Shown here piece by piece: positions 46,201 through 56,496 of a stretch of DNA of 64,000 nt. Position numbers and translations under genes: made by a program. How positions within the stretch are numbered: the first letter of the stretch is position 1; each line of letters opens with the position of its first letter. The notes under the pieces were generated by a model, which saw only the letters and a program-made list of their open reading frames with translations, was not told the origin of the DNA and did not search any database. The stretch is from assembly GCA_023473585.1 (NCBI GenBank), contig JAMCYU010000001.1, forward strand, positions 2,507 through 66,506, read 5' to 3'. Source of the stretch: Patescibacteria group bacterium (lineage in GTDB: Bacteria > Patescibacteriota > Microgenomatia > JAMCYU01).

Positions 46201-46620
46201 AATCGCTGCGGGATTAAGCAGGAAAAACAAAGCGGCAAATAAGGCTAGTTTATTTTGCTCGTATTTTGTTCCCTTAAAAAGGTTTTTATAGAGAAAATAG
46301 CAGCAAATAAATCCCAGGATATAAAAACAAACGGTAAAGATTTTAACGCCTAAATAGGCCGGAACACCAAGAGTCTTCAAAAAGAAAAATGGTAATTGCC
46401 AAAAAAGAAGCATGTATTTAAAAAAACTGAGGCCGTTATTTTGTTCTTCCCAAAGATACAAAGACCTTAAGAGATTATCTTGAGGTTTAAGAGGAAAAAT
46501 AAAATCTCCCCCAATATAAAAATTATTATCCCAAATAGACAAAATAAAGACAATTAAGATAATTATCGGAAGAAAATAAAAATAATTATTTTGACAAAAT
46601 CTGATCGCTTTTTTAATCAT
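43243..46620 (-). CDS. Large multi-pass membrane protein, AftD/DUF3367-like GT-C candidate with extended extracellular region
   Basis: IGGD loop, AKGPNPPFGEVY, FRTTS, LSQSYDQGW, NGYANAW, EYQPQ, C-terminal TM; paralog of 46613..48688. Confidence 0.6.
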   Translation of the reverse strand: MIKKAIRFCQNNYFYFLPIIILIVFILSIWDNNFYIGGDFIFPLKPQDNLLRSLYLWEEQNNGLSFFKYMLLFWQLPFFFLKTLGVPAYLGVKIFTVCFYILGFICCYFLYKNLFKGTKYEQNKLALFAALFFLLNPAAILVLVGTLPLYGFPICLFFLLKFLETKKTFYILPFSFFVNISFFPDLPQAKLLITFCMAAFFLVLAYGYIQKISVIKLFQRLFLLSILTLLLNAFVFLPFVNDTLGAKGIYGQYSKEVTVYDGNADLYSAALPFTMRFFNSNLIDKKSNLGQFLSNPIFVVWTFSLWLFALLTTIFIKDKKAKTIIFFLLVPLVILIFIAKGPNPPFGEVYRLMLTKIPVFKLFRTTSTVIIAGAVFYSFFLTICAYYLSQKWKYGFIGLLIVNLLIFHPIYLGYKLEYSFGGGSQQKGISLPNEYFQLGDKLDGLKDDNKVLSLPLNDGYVHKNWFYSGQSILSWLTKKPLIHTSGVNLPSSPESFSSQEACLFSSLYNIGYVVEEKDAAGQEKTRQLPFPGENLINNNYFNLTKVEPSCQTPPIYIPKQLVYFQGNKNNLFLAASKLSRKQEVMVYQEGDDQDKNTQFLKDANSVIIESSSRNAAFDMKGRNYYRLFLGQENYLGEVFYPYVRINPGSFFYKIVLLKEQKEEEINVKNKKKLFDKELFYATKRISEIIKWGVQNQWWQDNLKRYGQKINKAIELSGDFGNQRDNLELVVEYLDRHQEKIEKLSQTTAFWNKEKLSSWREAFKSLKEIKPNNALPTLQFSQPTLQFSQLEYEIKTPVFGQYEASLDFGNNQSFFLSQGKKEFFLNNSSFGEINKQDLGTFTLEPKTNVFKVHLGQAVNLLDPKKWQFYNTNYLISNKLNSLLFENLNENLNLPKEISISLQEISDWQPNQLYLLKINFKKLKEDSKLNLLIKERKNLFDRLAGDWLPTDTVLLRDQLDKIENYQVLLRADRESLGAFIYLYSQDGKVLVDNIELTKVYLPKLVLASKIKKEDLSGGLILESTKISPVKYKISLLKTNEPFYLILSQSYDQGWKIYDGQKSLTDKNHYLVNGYANAWYLESSNQDRELTIEYQPQKWFVWGIIVSLVAFLVISLISLLQLIKRRKK
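44258..44299. repeat. Perfect 21-bp tandem duplication (PTLQFSQ x2)
   Basis: TGAGAAAATTGTAAAGTAGGC twice, in frame. Confidence 0.95.
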
Positions 46621-48688
46621 GTTTGGAAAGAACAGTTATGAGGCAGAAAATAACTGTCAAGATTGATATTATACCACCAATATAGAAAAATCGCTGCGGC
46701 CAATATTCGATTATCAAAACGTAATTTGTCTCGTTCCCAACGTCTTCGGGATTGATTTGCCAACCGTTAGTTTCGCCGCTGGCTAAAAAATGCCTTGAGT
46801 CTGCCAAATCTTGATTTTGGCCTTTCGCATTTTGAACTTGTATTTTCCACTCCGGACTGTAATTTTGCGCCAGGAAAAGAGTGTATGGGCAAGTTGCCCC
46901 CTGAACATTAACCAGATACCTCGTCGGATTAATCTTTCTAAAAGAAATCTTGGGATCGGAATTCGTTTTTTTTACAAAAACCGGCGGCAAGACGCATTCC
47001 GCTTTTACTTTTTTTAAAAGAAAAAATTTATCTTCGAAGATTTTATCCGCCGGAAAAGCAAGATTGCTATCGGCGTAATTGTCAATCGAGTCCTTTTCGT
47101 GCAGAAGATAACCGACATTACGAAATTTAAGCCATTGACAGGCTTCTTCTCTTGTCATTTTCTTCAAAAACTCATTCGCTTCAAGAGCGGTTTTGCCGGG
47201 AATAACGCTATGGCTATGAATCAAGTGTTTTTTTATGAGCCAATTAATAATTGAGGATCCTCTATAACCCCAGTCTTTATAACTATAACCGTCGTCCAAA
47301 GGCACAGAGAGAATCTTTGATTCATCGGCAAGAAAATTTATAAGTTTTGCCATCTGAAAATATTCTTTAGGAATACCTACCCCTTTTTGAAAAGCACTGC
47401 CACCGGGGTAGTTATATAATTTATATCCTAAATAGACAAAGTGAAAAACCAGAACATGAATCAAGATAAAGAAATAAAAAAACCTTTTTTGTTTTTTATA
47501 AAAAGCATAAAGCGATAAGCTCATTAAGAAAGCGAAAAATAGTGATCCGGCCACAACCACCGTTGACGAAGTTCTGAAAACTTTAAAAAAGGAAACGTTA
47601 AAAAGAAAATATTTATAAATTTCGCCGAAAGGAGGATTCGCTCCTTTGGCCAGAAAAAAATAAAAACACGTAAACGCCAGTAAAAGATAAATAATTTTTT
47701 TCTTATCCTTATCTTTTTCCAAAAAACAAAACCACAAAATAATAACCCAGATGAAAAAACTCCAAAGAAGAAAATAAGAACTGCTAAGTGTTTGCCCTAA
47801 TCGCGAAACGTCGTCAACTAAATTTGAATTATAAAACCGCATCGTAAAAGGCAAAGCCGCCGACGGCACATCGGCCATCCCGTTATATACGGTTACGCTT
47901 TGCGAGTATTGTTTAAAAACTCCTCTCCCGCCAAAAACGTCATTAATAAATGGGAGTAAAACAAAAGCGTTTAATAAAAAGACGATTATTGTTGCCGGAA
48001 AAAGAGTTTTAAAGACTTTCCAAAACGAAAGTTTGTTGAGAATTTTGTAAAGGATGACCAAAAAAAATAAACCGATAGAAAAAGTAATTAAGCTTTTCGC
48101 CTGGGGAAGATCCGATAAATAACCAAGATTGAAAAAGATTGTAAATGGCAAAAGAAAAAGAAGATTTTTTCTTTCCAGGTATTTTAAAAGAAAATAGGCG
48201 CAGACAGGAAAAGAATACAGGGGATGAAAACCTATCACCACTAAAATTGCCGATGGATTAAGGATAAAGATGATCGCTGTTATTAAAGCAAGGACTTTAT
48301 CGTCGTATTTTGTTTTCTTAAAGAGAACTCTGTAGGTTAAGTAGGTAAAAATAAATCCAACAACATAAAAAAGGATGATAACGATTTTAATGCCGACATC
48401 GGCGGGAATTTTAAATAAGGAAGAAATTAGAAAGGGGACGTGCCAAATTAAAAACATGTATCTAAAAAAACTTAAACCACTATTTTCTTCTTGCCAAAGA
48501 TAAAGAGCTTTCAGAATATTATTTTGCGGAGCAAGCGGGAAAATTAGATCTCCGCCGATATAAAAATTTCTATCCCAAATTGAAATAATAAAAATAACAA
48601 GAAGGATAAGCGGAAGAAAAAAGATATTATTTTTTTTAATTAGCTTTGTGAAGATTTTAAGCCAGTCATCTTTAATGGCAATTTTCAT
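46613..48688 (-). CDS. Multi-pass membrane protein, AftD/DUF3367-like GT-C candidate
   Basis: IGGDLIFP, DLPQAK, SAALPFTMRF, AKGANPPFGEIY, FRTSS, EYWPQ. Confidence 0.6.
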   Translation of the reverse strand: MKIAIKDDWLKIFTKLIKKNNIFFLPLILLVIFIISIWDRNFYIGGDLIFPLAPQNNILKALYLWQEENSGLSFFRYMFLIWHVPFLISSLFKIPADVGIKIVIILFYVVGFIFTYLTYRVLFKKTKYDDKVLALITAIIFILNPSAILVVIGFHPLYSFPVCAYFLLKYLERKNLLFLLPFTIFFNLGYLSDLPQAKSLITFSIGLFFLVILYKILNKLSFWKVFKTLFPATIIVFLLNAFVLLPFINDVFGGRGVFKQYSQSVTVYNGMADVPSAALPFTMRFYNSNLVDDVSRLGQTLSSSYFLLWSFFIWVIILWFCFLEKDKDKKKIIYLLLAFTCFYFFLAKGANPPFGEIYKYFLFNVSFFKVFRTSSTVVVAGSLFFAFLMSLSLYAFYKKQKRFFYFFILIHVLVFHFVYLGYKLYNYPGGSAFQKGVGIPKEYFQMAKLINFLADESKILSVPLDDGYSYKDWGYRGSSIINWLIKKHLIHSHSVIPGKTALEANEFLKKMTREEACQWLKFRNVGYLLHEKDSIDNYADSNLAFPADKIFEDKFFLLKKVKAECVLPPVFVKKTNSDPKISFRKINPTRYLVNVQGATCPYTLFLAQNYSPEWKIQVQNAKGQNQDLADSRHFLASGETNGWQINPEDVGNETNYVLIIEYWPQRFFYIGGIISILTVIFCLITVLSKHD

Positions 48689-48693
48689 ATAAG

Positions 48694-49728
48694 CTAAAGA
48701 TTCTCAAAAGTAGGAATTTTTATTTTAATAAACGCGTTAAATTTCCCGCTGCCAAAATAGAGTTTTTTAAGTATTTCCCCATCGGTGATTTTTCTTCTTT
48801 TTTGAATCCATCGGCGTTTTTGTAAAATACGTTTAATTTTTTTTACATTCCACCACCAGGCGGCTAGATATTGATAAGCCACTCTCCCCCGGCCGAAAAG
48901 AGAAAAAATAACTATTTCTACAACATTAATCACCAAATATATCGGTAAAATCCATATTAAAGTTAAGATTGAATAGTTTTTTAAAAAGTTGGTAATCGTA
49001 TTTCTTTCTCCTAAATAACGCCTCATGTAGGTCGTCCTGTATTTTTCCTCGCGCCTTATCCCCCCGCTTAATGATCCACCGCTGTAATGGTAAACCACTG
49101 CTTGCGGAACACTAATCAATGGAATTTTTAACAAATGAGCTTTCCAGGAAAGATCGATATCGTCACAAAATAAAAAAAGATCCGCGTCAAATTGACCCAA
49201 CTTCATAAAGGTTTTCTTGGGTAAGAAAATAGCCGTCCCGTCACAATAAAAGGGTGGTTTTGAATTTTGAGGGCAATCCGCATTATAGAGACGGTAAGGA
49301 AAACTGAAAATATCCAGACAGATACCGTCAAATAAGAATTCACCGCTGTCGTAGCGTTTTTGCCGGCAAAGAAGAAGAAAGTCTTTTTCTTTAATTTTTC
49401 TGGCTTTCTCTAAAAGACTTTGCAGACATTTTTTTTCTAACTTTGTGTCCGGCCCCAGAAAAAACAAATATTCTCCCGTTGCCTCTTTTACCCCCCAATT
49501 ATTACCCTCGGCATAGCCAATATTTTTCAAGGATTCAATAAGTTTGACTCGTAATTTACCTTGAGATTCTAAAATTATCTTTTTGATTTTTTCTTTTGTC
49601 TTGTCTTTTGATAGAGAATCGACGAAAATTACTTCTGTTTGATTATCTGTTTGCTCAATTATTGAACGATAATAACCGTCTAGGAATTTTAAAGAATTAT
49701 AAGTAACCGTGATGATTGAAGTTTTCAT
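48694..49728 (-). CDS. GT2 glycosyltransferase
   Basis: SIITVTYN, VDSLSKD, NIGYAEGNN, FLFCDDIDLSW. Confidence 0.88.
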   Translation of the reverse strand: MKTSIITVTYNSLKFLDGYYRSIIEQTDNQTEVIFVDSLSKDKTKEKIKKIILESQGKLRVKLIESLKNIGYAEGNNWGVKEATGEYLFFLGPDTKLEKKCLQSLLEKARKIKEKDFLLLCRQKRYDSGEFLFDGICLDIFSFPYRLYNADCPQNSKPPFYCDGTAIFLPKKTFMKLGQFDADLFLFCDDIDLSWKAHLLKIPLISVPQAVVYHYSGGSLSGGIRREEKYRTTYMRRYLGERNTITNFLKNYSILTLIWILPIYLVINVVEIVIFSLFGRGRVAYQYLAAWWWNVKKIKRILQKRRWIQKRRKITDGEILKKLYFGSGKFNAFIKIKIPTFENL

Positions 49729-50645
49729 TTACAAAAATAGTTTAGGGTTTTTTTAAGTCCTTCTTTTAAGGAAGTTTTAGCTTCCCAGTCGAGCTTTTTT
49801 TTAGCCAGGGAACTATCAAGAGAACTGCGACGCTGCTCTTTAAAAATGGAGGGTAGGTGTTTTTGAGGGAGAATAATCCTCGTCTGCTCGGTTATAAGGT
49901 CAAAAATCTCATTAATTGACGTTTCTTTACTCGTCCCGATATTTAAAACCTCATTAATGTTTTTTTCTAAAGCAAGAATATTTGCCGACACAATATCGTC
50001 AATAAAAATAAAATCCCTCGTTTGTTTGCCGTCACCGTTTATAAAAACGTTTCCTCCTCTAAAAAATTTTTTACTAAAAATAGCGATAACCCCACCCTCC
50101 CCATCAGGATCCTGTCTTGGCCCGTAGATATTGGCATAACGTAAAACAACAAAATTTAAACCGTAATTTTTAAAATAGAAACCAAGATATTTTTCGGCGG
50201 TAAGCTTATCAATACCATAGGGAGAAAGAGGTTGTTTCGGTTCATAATCTTCGGGCGTCGGCAAAACTTCTGTTTCTCCATAGACAGCGGAAGAAGAAGC
50301 AAAAATAACTTTTTTGAGATTATTCTTAATCCCCGCTTCTAAAAGATTTAAAAAGCCTAAAATATTAATCTCCGCATCCAAAAGAGGATTAAGAATCGAT
50401 TTTCGAGCGTTAATTTGAGCCGCGTGATGATTTAAAATTTCCGGTTTTTCTTTTACAAAAATCCTTTTAATTTCTTCGGTGTTTCTAATATCTGTCTTAT
50501 AAAATTTCGCCTTGGGATTAATATTTTCCTTTTTCCCATGCGCTAAATTGTCAATAACGATGACTTTATGACCAAGATCAATATACTTATCAACAAGATG
50601 CGAGCCGACAAATCCGGCTCCGCCGGTTATTAATATTTTACTCAT
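49725..50645 (-). CDS. NAD-dependent nucleotide-sugar epimerase (GalE-like extended SDR)
   Basis: TGGAGFVGS, HHAAQ, YGIDK (YxxxK), LRYANIYGPRQ, GDGKQTRDF. Confidence 0.9.
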   Translation of the reverse strand: MSKILITGGAGFVGSHLVDKYIDLGHKVIVIDNLAHGKKENINPKAKFYKTDIRNTEEIKRIFVKEKPEILNHHAAQINARKSILNPLLDAEINILGFLNLLEAGIKNNLKKVIFASSSAVYGETEVLPTPEDYEPKQPLSPYGIDKLTAEKYLGFYFKNYGLNFVVLRYANIYGPRQDPDGEGGVIAIFSKKFFRGGNVFINGDGKQTRDFIFIDDIVSANILALEKNINEVLNIGTSKETSINEIFDLITEQTRIILPQKHLPSIFKEQRRSSLDSSLAKKKLDWEAKTSLKEGLKKTLNYFCK

Positions 50646-50650
50646 TTTTG

Positions 50651-51787
50651 TTAAACTGCCCTCATAACTTCCAGTTCTTTTTTGACAATTCTGTCCCAGG
50701 TAAAATCTTTTAACGAATTATGAAATAAGTTCTTCTTTTTTTCTCGTTTTAAAATAAAATCAGCAATCGCTTTCAGATCTTTTTGCCTGAACAAAACAAG
50801 CTGACCGCTTTTTAAATAGTTGTTAAAAACTTCATGATAAATCGGCAAATCATAGGCAAGCACCAACTTATTACAAGCAAAGGCTTCAATGACAGCATGG
50901 GGACAACCCTCATCATAACTTAAAAACAAAAAAAAGCCACAATTACGGTAGATGTCCCCTTTTCCCCTGCCGGTTTTATAACCGAAAAATAAGAAATTCT
51001 TGTCTAGATTATACTCTTTAATTTTTCCGAAAAAATTATTCTTGGTTTTTTCGTCGCCATCCCCAAGAATCCCGATCGTGAAATTGGGGTTTTTCTGAGT
51101 TACAATCCTTGCAACTTCAACTAAATCCATAATCCCCTTAGCAAGATGCAGCCTTCCACAGTACAAAGCGTCAAATTTGGGGGCCTTCTTGTTAATTTTT
51201 CCCGTGAAGATCTCCGTTTCTATACCGTAGCCATTGTTTGTTTTGATAACATTTTTCATTCCATTTTTTTGATAATAATTTTTAAGAAAGTCGGTCACGA
51301 CAAAAATCCCGTCAGCTTTTTTTAACAACCAATCGCCAAGCTTAAAAGCTAAATACGGAATAAGGTTTTTAAGATAGGCTCCCGGTCTTTCCCCTGGTCC
51401 AGGCACAATGTTGTCTACCATCACAAACCACTTAATCCGTTTGTCAAGGTTTTTTAAAACCCACGGAACAAATAAAAAGTCGATAACTGAAGACTGTGAA
51501 TAAACAATATCGTACTTTCCAAACACCTCTTTTATCTTTAAAATAGCCAGAAAATTAACCTTAATTACTTCCCAAATTAAAGAATACGGATTTTTAACTT
51601 TGTATTTGAAATCTAGAGAAAGGTAATTTAAACCCCCGAGTTTACTTTTGTAAAAAAATTCCGCGTCTTTTGTCCCGAAAATTGTTATTTGACAATCATG
51701 TTTTTGCCAGTATTTTATTTTGATGACAGGAATAACCCTGCTTATTCCGGGGACAAAATTGGTATCGTAAACTAAAATTTTCAGCAT
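50651..51787 (-). CDS. Divergent GT4 glycosyltransferase
   Basis: CGRLHLAKG, LSYDEGCPHAVIEAF; paralog of 38250..39410. Confidence 0.82.
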   Translation of the reverse strand: MLKILVYDTNFVPGISRVIPVIKIKYWQKHDCQITIFGTKDAEFFYKSKLGGLNYLSLDFKYKVKNPYSLIWEVIKVNFLAILKIKEVFGKYDIVYSQSSVIDFLFVPWVLKNLDKRIKWFVMVDNIVPGPGERPGAYLKNLIPYLAFKLGDWLLKKADGIFVVTDFLKNYYQKNGMKNVIKTNNGYGIETEIFTGKINKKAPKFDALYCGRLHLAKGIMDLVEVARIVTQKNPNFTIGILGDGDEKTKNNFFGKIKEYNLDKNFLFFGYKTGRGKGDIYRNCGFFLFLSYDEGCPHAVIEAFACNKLVLAYDLPIYHEVFNNYLKSGQLVLFRQKDLKAIADFILKREKKKNLFHNSLKDFTWDRIVKKELEVMRAV

Positions 51788-52944
51788 ATTTTTTTGAATA
51801 TCTCTAAATATTCGGCGGCGGCATTATTCCAGTTAAATTGACGGGTATGCCGCCTGGTTAAATCTAAATAATCATTGAATTTTTCATTATCCCAGGCCAA
51901 AACTTCATCAATTTTTTTCGTGATACTTTCTTCTTTTTGAGGATCAAAAAGCAAATTTTGATTGCCTATGACTTCAGGCAGGGCGCCGGCATTAGAACAA
52001 ATGGGCAAACAACCACAGGCAGAAGACTCCAGAATCGGCAGACCAAAACCCTCTTCAAAAGAAGGAAAAATAAAAAGCTTCGCAAAAGAATAAAGAACTC
52101 TTAATTCTTCTTTGGAAACAAAACCTAAAAACTTAACTTTTTTAGTTAAATTCATTTCTTCAAGATATTCCTTAAGTTTAGCGATTGTAAAATCTGGCAA
52201 CAACCCGCAAATAATCAACTGATAACCATCAAATTGTTTTATCTCTTTGAAAGCGTTGATTAGGCCAAAAATGTTTTTCCGTTCGTGGTTCGTGGCGTTG
52301 GTAAAAATAAACTTTTCATGTATTTGATACTTTTTCACAAGTTCTGAAAAGACGACTTCGTCTTTCTTCGGAAAGAAAAAGTTGTCTCTGCCCGGATAAA
52401 TGACTTGGATTTTCTTAGGTTCTGCCCGATAAACTTTTTCCAATTGTTTTTTTACAAAAAAAGAGTCGACGACAATACAATCGGCCCTTTTAATAACAAA
52501 CGGCATAAGAGTTTTCATATACATCACTAAATTCATGTAAATTCTTAACGGGTTGTGAGGATATTTTAAGAAACTTAAATCGTGGATTACGGTTAAAAAC
52601 TTAACTCCCTTGGGTTTAAAAAGAGGAAGGACAAAACTTGGGCTTAAGAAAATTTTAACCTTATAGTCTTTGATCAATTTTAAAACATATAAATTATCAA
52701 AAAAAATATTGACCAGTCTTGTGTCTATTCTCCTTAATAATTTTAGAAAAGAAGAGTCCGCCTTAATATAAGAGGCTATTTTCCCTAATCTTTTGTTGCC
52801 GGTCGAAAAAAAATAATATTTGTGCCCTTTGTCTTTTTGAAGAAGCGCCGTAAAAAGTCCGGCAATATAATTTTGGATTCCCGACGGTTTTTCTTCAAAC
52901 ATGCGAAGATTAACACCAATTAGGTCTTTTTGGCAACTGTCCAC
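51781..52944 (-). CDS. GT4 glycosyltransferase
   Basis: SGIQNY, VIHDLSF, ERKN, FPSFEEGFGLPILES. Confidence 0.9.
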   Translation of the reverse strand: MDSCQKDLIGVNLRMFEEKPSGIQNYIAGLFTALLQKDKGHKYYFFSTGNKRLGKIASYIKADSSFLKLLRRIDTRLVNIFFDNLYVLKLIKDYKVKIFLSPSFVLPLFKPKGVKFLTVIHDLSFLKYPHNPLRIYMNLVMYMKTLMPFVIKRADCIVVDSFFVKKQLEKVYRAEPKKIQVIYPGRDNFFFPKKDEVVFSELVKKYQIHEKFIFTNATNHERKNIFGLINAFKEIKQFDGYQLIICGLLPDFTIAKLKEYLEEMNLTKKVKFLGFVSKEELRVLYSFAKLFIFPSFEEGFGLPILESSACGCLPICSNAGALPEVIGNQNLLFDPQKEESITKKIDEVLAWDNEKFNDYLDLTRRHTRQFNWNNAAAEYLEIFKKIC

Positions 52945-53597
52945 AATGATCCTCCTATATTGACGTTTCCAAAAACAGGTCTTAAAAAGGAAGGTGCGGG
53001 ATAAAAAATAATCTCGTCTTTTAAGATTTCAAATCCGGCCTGTTTTAAAAGAAACCTTAGGCTTTCCCGGTTAAATAAATAGAGATGCGTTTTGTCCTGA
53101 TAACCGAACCATTTATTCCCAAGAATCTTTACGAAAAGAGATGAAATATTGGGAGTTTGTAAAAACAAGAAACCGTCTTTTCTTAAAATCCTTTTTGCCT
53201 CAAGAAGAAAATTATAAGGAGATTGTAAATGTTCAATAACATCAATTCCGGTTATCAGATTAAAAATATTATCCTCAAAAGGTAAACCTTTATTAATATC
53301 GGCTTTTATTAATTTAGCCTTGGTGCGTTTTGCGGCTTCTTTAATGGCAAATTCCGAGACATCAAGGCCATAGGTTGTAAAGCCGTCTTTATCAAAAAGC
53401 GCCAATAAATTACCCAGGGCACAACCCACATCAAGCACTCTGACATTTTGCGGCTCGTAATTTCTAATCTTTTGGCAAATTTTTTCTTTATATAAGTACG
53501 AAAGATTGCCCGTCTTATATTCTAAACAGGTAAAATAGTTACTCTCTTTTCCTTTGAAATATTTTTCTTCAAAGCCACTTTTTTTTCGTGAAGTCAT
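52920..53597 (-). CDS. Class I SAM-dependent methyltransferase
   Basis: [28 protein letters not shown]; likely start ATG 53597. Confidence 0.88.
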   Translation of the reverse strand: MTSRKKSGFEEKYFKGKESNYFTCLEYKTGNLSYLYKEKICQKIRNYEPQNVRVLDVGCALGNLLALFDKDGFTTYGLDVSEFAIKEAAKRTKAKLIKADINKGLPFEDNIFNLITGIDVIEHLQSPYNFLLEAKRILRKDGFLFLQTPNISSLFVKILGNKWFGYQDKTHLYLFNRESLRFLLKQAGFEILKDEIIFYPAPSFLRPVFGNVNIGGSLWTVAKKT

Positions 53598-54153
53598 AGT
53601 GTTTAATGATTTTGGCCGGTTGACCCGCAACCACGCAAAAGGCCGGCACATCATGAGTCACAACGGCATTGGCACCAATAATGGCGTGTTTGCCGATCCT
53701 AATATTCCCTAGAATAACGCTATTTACACCGATAAAACAATCGTCTTCGATGATAATTTCGCCCTTATAAACTATCGGCTGGTCAATAACCGGTTTCTTA
53801 ATATCCTCATATCCATGAGAATGATCCAAAATCGTCACTCTTTCTGACATTAAAACGTTATTGCCTATGCTTATTTTATTGGCGGCAATAATCATTGAAT
53901 AGGCTCCTATATGAACACGATTGCCGATTGTTAATTTCGGTTTTTCTTTTAAGTCGGTATTCGTTCCCATCCAGCAAAAAAGTCCCAAAGAGACGTCGTC
54001 GCCCAGACCGATATTTTCCGGGTGAGTCGTATTAAGAATCGGCCGAATACTTACGCCACTGCCTATTGACTTAAATCGTCTCGTTACAAACCACGTATAT
54101 AAATTAATCAAAATATTTAAAAAGGGACCGAAAACTTCTTGCGCTTTAGGCAT
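53569..54153 (-). CDS. Hexapeptide-repeat O-acyltransferase
   Basis: Beta-helix repeats, [25 protein letters not shown]. Confidence 0.88.
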   Translation of the reverse strand: MPKAQEVFGPFLNILINLYTWFVTRRFKSIGSGVSIRPILNTTHPENIGLGDDVSLGLFCWMGTNTDLKEKPKLTIGNRVHIGAYSMIIAANKISIGNNVLMSERVTILDHSHGYEDIKKPVIDQPIVYKGEIIIEDDCFIGVNSVILGNIRIGKHAIIGANAVVTHDVPAFCVVAGQPAKIIKHYDFTKKKWL

Positions 54154-54164
54154 AAATTTCTTCC

Positions 54165-55193
54165 TTAAAGTTTAATTTTAATTTTTTGGGCAATCATCCT
54201 TGATAAGATTTTGCTTTTGTAAAAATCGGTCAACCTTATCAGGATAAATTTAGGCAAAAAAAGACACATTAAAGTATAAAACCAAAAACGAAAATCAATA
54301 AGACTCGCTTTTCGATATTTTAGATGATTAATTATTTCCTCAATTAAATCTTCAAATCTTCCGTAATTTCTAATTTGCACAAGTCCCACATAATTTTGAG
54401 CTACATAATCTTGGCAAATTTTTCTCACCTTTTCATATTTAGGCTCTGGTAAGGTTTTAGCAAAAACTTCTATCCAGGTTTGAACCGGCGACGGTTCATA
54501 AATGGCAGGTTTATGTCGACATTGGCTTTCATAAATTCCTACGGCAACGATATAGTCTTTTAAAAAGACGATTTTATGCTTCTTAAAGATAGAAAAAAAG
54601 GGGTAGGCCTGTGAGGTAAAAACATGACTGGAAAAAGGTCTATCCAAATATTTGACCTTAAAAGCTAAGCACGAAACTAAATATGTTGACCTAATAGCTG
54701 CCTCGATTAGCTCTCTTTTGTCACTAAGGGAAATAATCGTATCTTTTTTGGTTGAGGGGGGCGGCCAATAACGAACGGGAATTTTTGGATTAGATTCGAA
54801 TTGATAATAAGGCCTCGTCACGATACCGATATCCTCTCCCAACGAAAATCCGCTGACTATTTTGCTTAAAGCATCTTTAAGCAAAAGATCATCTTGGGCC
54901 ATCATGATCATGATCTCGCCGCTTAGATGTTTTTTAAAATTATTAAGATTGTCTCCGTAGCCAACATTGACCTTGTTTCGGAAAAACTTAATCCTTTGGT
55001 CTTTAAACGACTTAATAACTTCCTCGGTGTTGTCAACGGAACAATCATCATTAACGATGATTTCAAAATTATGATAACTTTGTCCCAAGATGCTTTTGAG
55101 AGCTTTTCCAATTGTTTTCTCACCATTATAACTTGGCAAACAAATGCTTAATTTTGGCTTGTTTTCTAAAGAAAAGCTTTGTGTGCTATTCAT
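54165..55193 (-). CDS. GT2 glycosyltransferase
   Basis: [27 protein letters not shown]. Confidence 0.87.
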   Translation of the reverse strand: MNSTQSFSLENKPKLSICLPSYNGEKTIGKALKSILGQSYHNFEIIVNDDCSVDNTEEVIKSFKDQRIKFFRNKVNVGYGDNLNNFKKHLSGEIMIMMAQDDLLLKDALSKIVSGFSLGEDIGIVTRPYYQFESNPKIPVRYWPPPSTKKDTIISLSDKRELIEAAIRSTYLVSCLAFKVKYLDRPFSSHVFTSQAYPFFSIFKKHKIVFLKDYIVAVGIYESQCRHKPAIYEPSPVQTWIEVFAKTLPEPKYEKVRKICQDYVAQNYVGLVQIRNYGRFEDLIEEIINHLKYRKASLIDFRFWFYTLMCLFLPKFILIRLTDFYKSKILSRMIAQKIKIKL

Positions 55194-56433
55194 ATTGGCT
55201 GATAAATTTGTCGAACTTCTCCAAAAGATAATCGATCATTTCATGGGTAATTCCGGGATAAACCCCAATCCAAAAACCGTCATTGGTAATTTTATCAGAA
55301 TTTATTAAATCGCCGACAATCCGGTGTTTAGTCTTTAAGTAGGCCGGGTGTCTTAAAAGATTTCCCCCGAAAAGACTTCTGGTCCCGATTTTATTCTCTT
55401 CCAAGAAATTGACTATTTCCAAACGGCTAAATGGCGCTTTGTCACGGACAATCAGCATAAAACCAAACCAGCAAGGATCGCTTTCAGGTTCTGCCATCGG
55501 CAGAAGAAAATATTTTTGATGTTTTGACAAACCCTTATAAAGTTTAGCAAAATTTTCTTTTCTTATCTTTATAAACTTTGGCAGTTTTTTAAGTTGAGCT
55601 AAACCGATCGCCGCCTGAAAATCGGTTAATTTTAGATTGTAGCCAATCTGCGAATAAATATATTTATGGTCATAACCTAAGGGAAGTTTCCCTAATTTCC
55701 AGGAAAATCTTTTCCTGCAGGTATTGTCTTTTCCTGTCCCGCACCAACAGTCCCTACCCCAATCACGAAACTGCCTGACGGCTTTATATAATAAGGGGTT
55801 GTTGGTGACAACCGCCCCCCCTTCTCCCATCGTGATAATATGAGCCGGGTAAAAACTATAGGTCGAAATATCGCCGAAAGTACCCACCAATTTACCATCA
55901 TAGGTTGATCCTAAAGCGTCAGCGCAATCTTCGATCAACCAAAGATGATATTTCTTAACTAACGCCATAATCTTTTTTATATTAAAGGGGTTACCTAAAG
56001 TGTGAGCCATCATGATCGCTCTAGTTTTTTTGCTGATGGCTTTTTCCACCATTTCCGGCAGCGCATTTTTGGTTTTAAGATCAACATCCACAAAAACCGG
56101 AAGACAGCCGTTTTGAATAATCGGATTAACGGTGGTGGGAAAGCTCGTCGCCAGGGTAATAACTTCATCTTTGGGTTTTAAGGTTTTATTACCTAAGCTC
56201 TTTTGATTAACCAGAGCGGAAATGGCTAAAAGATTAGCTGAAGAGCCGGAATTGACTAAGGTCACATACTTTATCCCTAAATAATCGGCAAACTTTTTTT
56301 CAAATTCTTCGGCAAATCTTCCTTCGGTCCACCAGCCGTCCCTAGCGGCGGCGATGGCATTATTAATCTCCTCTTGGTCATAAACTTTCCCCGAGGCGGG
56401 GATGTATGTTTGACCCGGTTTGAATTTTTGCAT
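55186..56433 (-). CDS. rfbH: CDP-4-keto-6-deoxyglucose 3-dehydrase E1 (RfbH/DdhC)
   Basis: NSGSSANL, HTLGNP, EDCADA, SFYPAHIITMGEGG (His in place of the Schiff-base Lys), WGRDCWC...NTC Fe-S motif, YDHKY. Confidence 0.92.
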   Translation of the reverse strand: MQKFKPGQTYIPASGKVYDQEEINNAIAAARDGWWTEGRFAEEFEKKFADYLGIKYVTLVNSGSSANLLAISALVNQKSLGNKTLKPKDEVITLATSFPTTVNPIIQNGCLPVFVDVDLKTKNALPEMVEKAISKKTRAIMMAHTLGNPFNIKKIMALVKKYHLWLIEDCADALGSTYDGKLVGTFGDISTYSFYPAHIITMGEGGAVVTNNPLLYKAVRQFRDWGRDCWCGTGKDNTCRKRFSWKLGKLPLGYDHKYIYSQIGYNLKLTDFQAAIGLAQLKKLPKFIKIRKENFAKLYKGLSKHQKYFLLPMAEPESDPCWFGFMLIVRDKAPFSRLEIVNFLEENKIGTRSLFGGNLLRHPAYLKTKHRIVGDLINSDKITNDGFWIGVYPGITHEMIDYLLEKFDKFISQYE

Positions 56434-56458
56434 AGTTTTTAAAAAGATAAGGCGCGCG

Positions 56459-56496
56459 TTGATTTTGTGTCTATTATACTATAAGATTAGGTCAAG
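56459..56496. promoter_or_regulatory. Overlapping divergent promoters
   Basis: + strand TTGATT, N17, TAAGAT, N9, ATG 56497; minus-strand TATAAT at 56478-56473 for rfbH. Confidence 0.55.
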
